DNA of 17,945 nt from a virus (taxonomy: Duplodnaviria; Heunggongvirae; Uroviricota; Caudoviricetes): the IMG/VR virus record IMGVR_UViG_3300010409_000003. One strand, given 5' to 3'. Positions within the stretch are counted from its first letter, which is position 1. Every line of letters begins with the position of its first letter. Positions 16,275 through 17,945 of this stretch are shown piece by piece. The translations under genes were made by a program, and so were the position numbers. Under the pieces are notes generated by a model. The model searched no databases. It had not been told where the DNA came from and worked only from the letters and a program-made list of their open reading frames with translations.

Positions 16275-16303
16275 ATTATTACATAACCAATTCTAAGTGT
16301 CAA
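16275..16303 (-). promoter_or_regulatory. Putative strong sigma70 (early-type) promoter
   Basis: TTGACA (16303-16298), 17-nt spacer ending in TGT (extended -10), AATAAT (16280-16275); AT-rich upstream element. Confidence 0.75.
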
Positions 16304-16322
16304 CATGTTTTATTAAAATAAT

Positions 16323-17945
16323 TTAATGTATTTCACTATAATTATCTCCAAATTGTACATCACAATCCATTGGCCTTCTAAGCATGTAATCTTCATTAAC
16401 CTTCTGTATAGAGTCTCTAGTTATCTTCTCCATTAACTCTCTATTCTTAAGGTTGTTTCTGAATACACAGATATACTCATCATGGAAACTACCAGTTAAA
16501 GACTTCTTACCTGCTACTCTCTGTTGCTCATCTAATATATTATCTAGCCACATGTCAAATATGAAACTGCCGGTACCCTGTGCTAAAGCAGAGAATCTAT
16601 CTTTCTCTTTTCTTAGTGAGTAACAAAAGCCATTAATAGGATTCACCAACCAGTTCAAGCCTTTATCACAAGTTATAACACACTGTTCCTCTGCTATAGC
16701 TTTTACAGACCAATTCAAGTCCCAATAACTAGTATGTAACACTTTACCTGTTTTCTTATCTACCCCTGCACCTCTAGCTATCGTTTCTACTCCTGCTTGG
16801 TATACACTGGCGTAGTTTACAGTTTTACCAATTCTTCTCCCTGTCTTAGTATTCTCTGACTTTATGCCTAGCTTGAAGTCATCAAACTCCTCTTGTGTAA
16901 TCAATCCTGCTGTTAATGCCATTAAGATATGAGGGTCAAAGTCACTCTCCATCATAGTACTAACATAGTTTGGGTCATGTGGTAACATGAAGTGATGCTT
17001 AACGCGATCTTCTAATGAAGATAAATCACTACCTAGGCAGACTCTACCCTCACCTGCAATCAAGTATCCACGAATCCTATCGCCATACATCTTGTTCACA
17101 GCAGGTAAGTTAACTAGTTCCCTGTGTTGAACCCTTAAAGTAGACGTAAAACCACCAACACCTGCTTTAAGATACTTACCTTTATACAGATCTCTAATAT
17201 GCCCCTTTACATTATCAAGTCTATTCTTGACAGTAGTATACTTAGCATAACTAGCAATCTCAGGTACTTTATCAATTAACTTAACTACTGAGGGACATAA
17301 CTCTTTAACGTCATCAACTTCTTTATTAATCTGGGGTATAGCCCTCTCTTTAGGCTTCATACTCTTCTTATACCCAGTAGCAGCCCATAGTTTAAAAGCT
17401 TTCTCATCTTTCTCATACTTGAATGTTTCAGGTTTCCAACCATGAGAGAATAAGAATTTCTTAATTTGGTCACTACTATTAGCATTAGGCGGTTCATATT
17501 TATTTATAACCTTCAACTCAGAGTCACCTATTAATACAGAAATTTCATTACCTAAATCATCAAATTTACCTATGTTATCTACATGACCATTCCAAGCTAA
17601 ACCAGAAGCACTAGGTACGACTTTATCACAGTCTTTTTTACTGTTAGCTTTCTTAGTAGGCTTCTTAGGGTAAGTCTTTTTAACGTACTTAGGTACTTCT
17701 GGCATTACACTCTCTAGTTCCCTTTTAGCTTCGACTATAATCTCTTCTAGCTCATCATGTAACTTATATAACTCATTAGTATTAACTTCCCAACGAGTTT
17801 TCTCTTGTAATCTAGCACAATCACACTTAAACATTAAGAATGTTAGTATTCTGTCTACATACTCGACAACACTACTCTTACGTTTGTATCTGTCTATATA
17901 ACACACTTCATCCTCTGACATACGTGTGCCATCGACATTCCCTGC
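16323..17945 (-). CDS. Family A (T7-like) DNA polymerase, 5'-truncated by the window edge
   Basis: Motif A GSDLSSLEDR, motif B RRIGKTVNYASVY, motif C FHDE. The frame stays open upstream of ATG 17921 (GCA GGG AAT GTC GAT GGC ACA CGT), so the real start and proofreading domain lie outside the window. Confidence 0.95.
   Translation of the reverse strand, partial: AGNVDGTRMSEDEVCYIDRYKRKSSVVEYVDRILTFLMFKCDCARLQEKTRWEVNTNELYKLHDELEEIIVEAKRELESVMPEVPKYVKKTYPKKPTKKANSKKDCDKVVPSASGLAWNGHVDNIGKFDDLGNEISVLIGDSELKVINKYEPPNANSSDQIKKFLFSHGWKPETFKYEKDEKAFKLWAATGYKKSMKPKERAIPQINKEVDDVKELCPSVVKLIDKVPEIASYAKYTTVKNRLDNVKGHIRDLYKGKYLKAGVGGFTSTLRVQHRELVNLPAVNKMYGDRIRGYLIAGEGRVCLGSDLSSLEDRVKHHFMLPHDPNYVSTMMESDFDPHILMALTAGLITQEEFDDFKLGIKSENTKTGRRIGKTVNYASVYQAGVETIARGAGVDKKTGKVLHTSYWDLNWSVKAIAEEQCVITCDKGLNWLVNPINGFCYSLRKEKDRFSALAQGTGSFIFDMWLDNILDEQQRVAGKKSLTGSFHDEYICVFRNNLKNRELMEKITRDSIQKVNEDYMLRRPMDCDVQFGDNYSEIH

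Noticed and set aside
17919-17945. Split or exonuclease-less polymerase starting at ATG 17921
   Set aside because: The frame is open to the window edge with no SD; simple truncation by the window is the parsimonious explanation.
6394-17945. Z-genome (2-aminoadenine) system, with MazZ plus DpoZ
   Set aside because: No PurZ or DatZ-like gene is in the window, and nothing in the polymerase identifies it as DpoZ by eye.
1-17945. Stop-codon recoding, CRISPR array or tRNA genes
   Set aside because: TAA, TAG and TGA all terminate full-length genes; no regularly spaced direct repeats or cloverleaf-sized intergenic gaps with tRNA motifs were seen.

Overview
Segment of a large, AT-rich lytic dsDNA phage (Caudoviricetes). 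The sigma70-type promoters, AAGGAG ribosome-binding sites and class Ia RNR suggest a gammaproteobacterial host (inference). All supported genes lie on the minus strand and are tightly packed. In transcription order (right to left): 5'-truncated family A DNA polymerase; small accessory genes (a 3-module protein, an Nmad5-like protein); SSB-like protein; T4 DsbA-like dsDNA-binding protein; two small membrane proteins; 5'-3' exonuclease; HNH nuclease; DEDD exonuclease; DUF3310 protein; MazG-like pyrophosphatase; free-standing HNH homing endonuclease; thyX; glutaredoxin; nrdA; nrdB; two hypotheticals. Four real-looking ORFs are missing from the supplied track (<1..479, 8230..8403, 11552..11722, 12201..12371). 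No tRNA, CRISPR array, intron or intein was seen. The most interesting signals are: three sigma70-like promoters each embedded in a hairpin with G-U pairs on the sense strand; a two-hairpin intergenic element after the SSB gene; a homing endonuclease ending in a second copy of the MazG C-terminal motif; a 293-aa gene with internal SD+ATG at both module boundaries; an identical MSFKPK N-terminus on the SSB and the exonuclease; and strong GATC depletion. All function calls come from motif recognition by eye, with no database search.
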